From sequence record NC_073076.1: 44,417 nt of DNA. One strand, given 5' to 3'. Made by a program: the position numbers and the translations under genes. The stretch comes from Escherichia phage jat. Positions 43,942 to 44,417 of this stretch are shown here, in pieces (position 1 is the stretch's first letter; every line of letters begins with the position of its first letter). The notes under the pieces were generated by a model that was not told the origin of the DNA, did no database searches, and saw only the letters and a list, made by a program, of their open reading frames with translations.

Positions 43942-44417
43942 ATGAGACTGACGAAAGACATTAAAAATCAGATTCTGGCTAACATCCTGCGCGACCACGA
44001 AATCGCAACCGAAGCCAAACAAATCATGATGGACTCACGCGATCTGGCGTACGCAATCACGCTTGACTGTATGCCGGAAGGCATTCGCACGTTCGCCGAG
44101 CTACTTGCGCGCATTGAAGCAATCGGCGATGACCCGTCGCAGATGTACGACGTTTGCGTATACACCAACAAGGCGACGTATAGTTATAACACCGACCGCC
44201 CGAAAGGTATCGGCAGCGTTTACGACGCCACTTTCGAAATCAACGCAGGCGGAAACGTTCGCACCTTGTCCTTGAGCGGTGACGGTTACCAATACCGCGT
44301 ACATCGCGGATACTGGGAATATAAATACATGAATAAGCTATCTCCCGATCTCGGCGATATCGTACCGGGGTTCGAGGAAGTTATGCTGGCTTCGGTGTGT
44401 GAAGTGGACAAGGACGG
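43942..44417 (+). CDS. hypothetical protein, 3'-truncated at window end
   Basis: ATG 43942 with GAGGA SD; frame open for 158 codons to the last base of the window; not in ORF track because there is no stop. Confidence 0.45.
   Translation, partial: MRLTKDIKNQILANILRDHEIATEAKQIMMDSRDLAYAITLDCMPEGIRTFAELLARIEAIGDDPSQMYDVCVYTNKATYSYNTDRPKGIGSVYDATFEINAGGNVRTLSLSGDGYQYRVHRGYWEYKYMNKLSPDLGDIVPGFEEVMLASVCEVDKD

Noticed and set aside
1-44417. Lysogeny module (integrase, CI-like repressor, attP) or tRNA genes
   Set aside because: No ORF with integrase or repressor features was recognised and no cloverleaf-like tRNA candidates were noticed by eye; the phage is treated as virulent. This is absence of evidence only, without a tRNA scan or profile search.

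Overview
The window reads as a complete or near-complete ~44.4 kb genome of a virulent, lambda-like-tailed siphovirus of enterobacteria, linearised inside a gene. All calls are from reading the sequence and the ORF track by eye; no database search or motif scan was run. Layout: minus-strand packaging and lysis genes (286-9991: spanins, Mu F-like head morphogenesis, portal, TerL, TerS, an HTH-metallophosphoesterase, lysozyme, holin-like proteins); minus-strand primase-helicase and an HTH regulator (10474-13078); a plus-strand early replication and DNA-modification block (13254-25963: DUF2800-like nuclease, SSB-like protein, family A DNA polymerase, VRR-NUC, SNF2 helicase, Dcm-like and Dam-like methyltransferases, HAD hydrolase); and a minus-strand tail and head block (25988-43431: IMC-domain tail fiber, lambda-like J-I-K-L-M, tape measure, G/GT chaperone, major tail, connectors, major capsid, scaffold). 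No integrase or repressor module, tRNA or CRISPR array was seen. Most notable: a ~170 bp iteron-bearing element (hairpin plus TGTCCCGC octamer array) present twice, once downstream of the primase-helicase and once splitting the GT chaperone / tape-measure junction. Other points: an A_AAA_AAC -1 frameshift site in the chaperone gene, a recurring TTGGTTGCA intergenic motif, an HTH-phosphoesterase fusion with a palindromic upstream site, a Cor-like lipoprotein gene among the tail fiber genes, and a plus-strand cassette that appears to wrap across the window ends.
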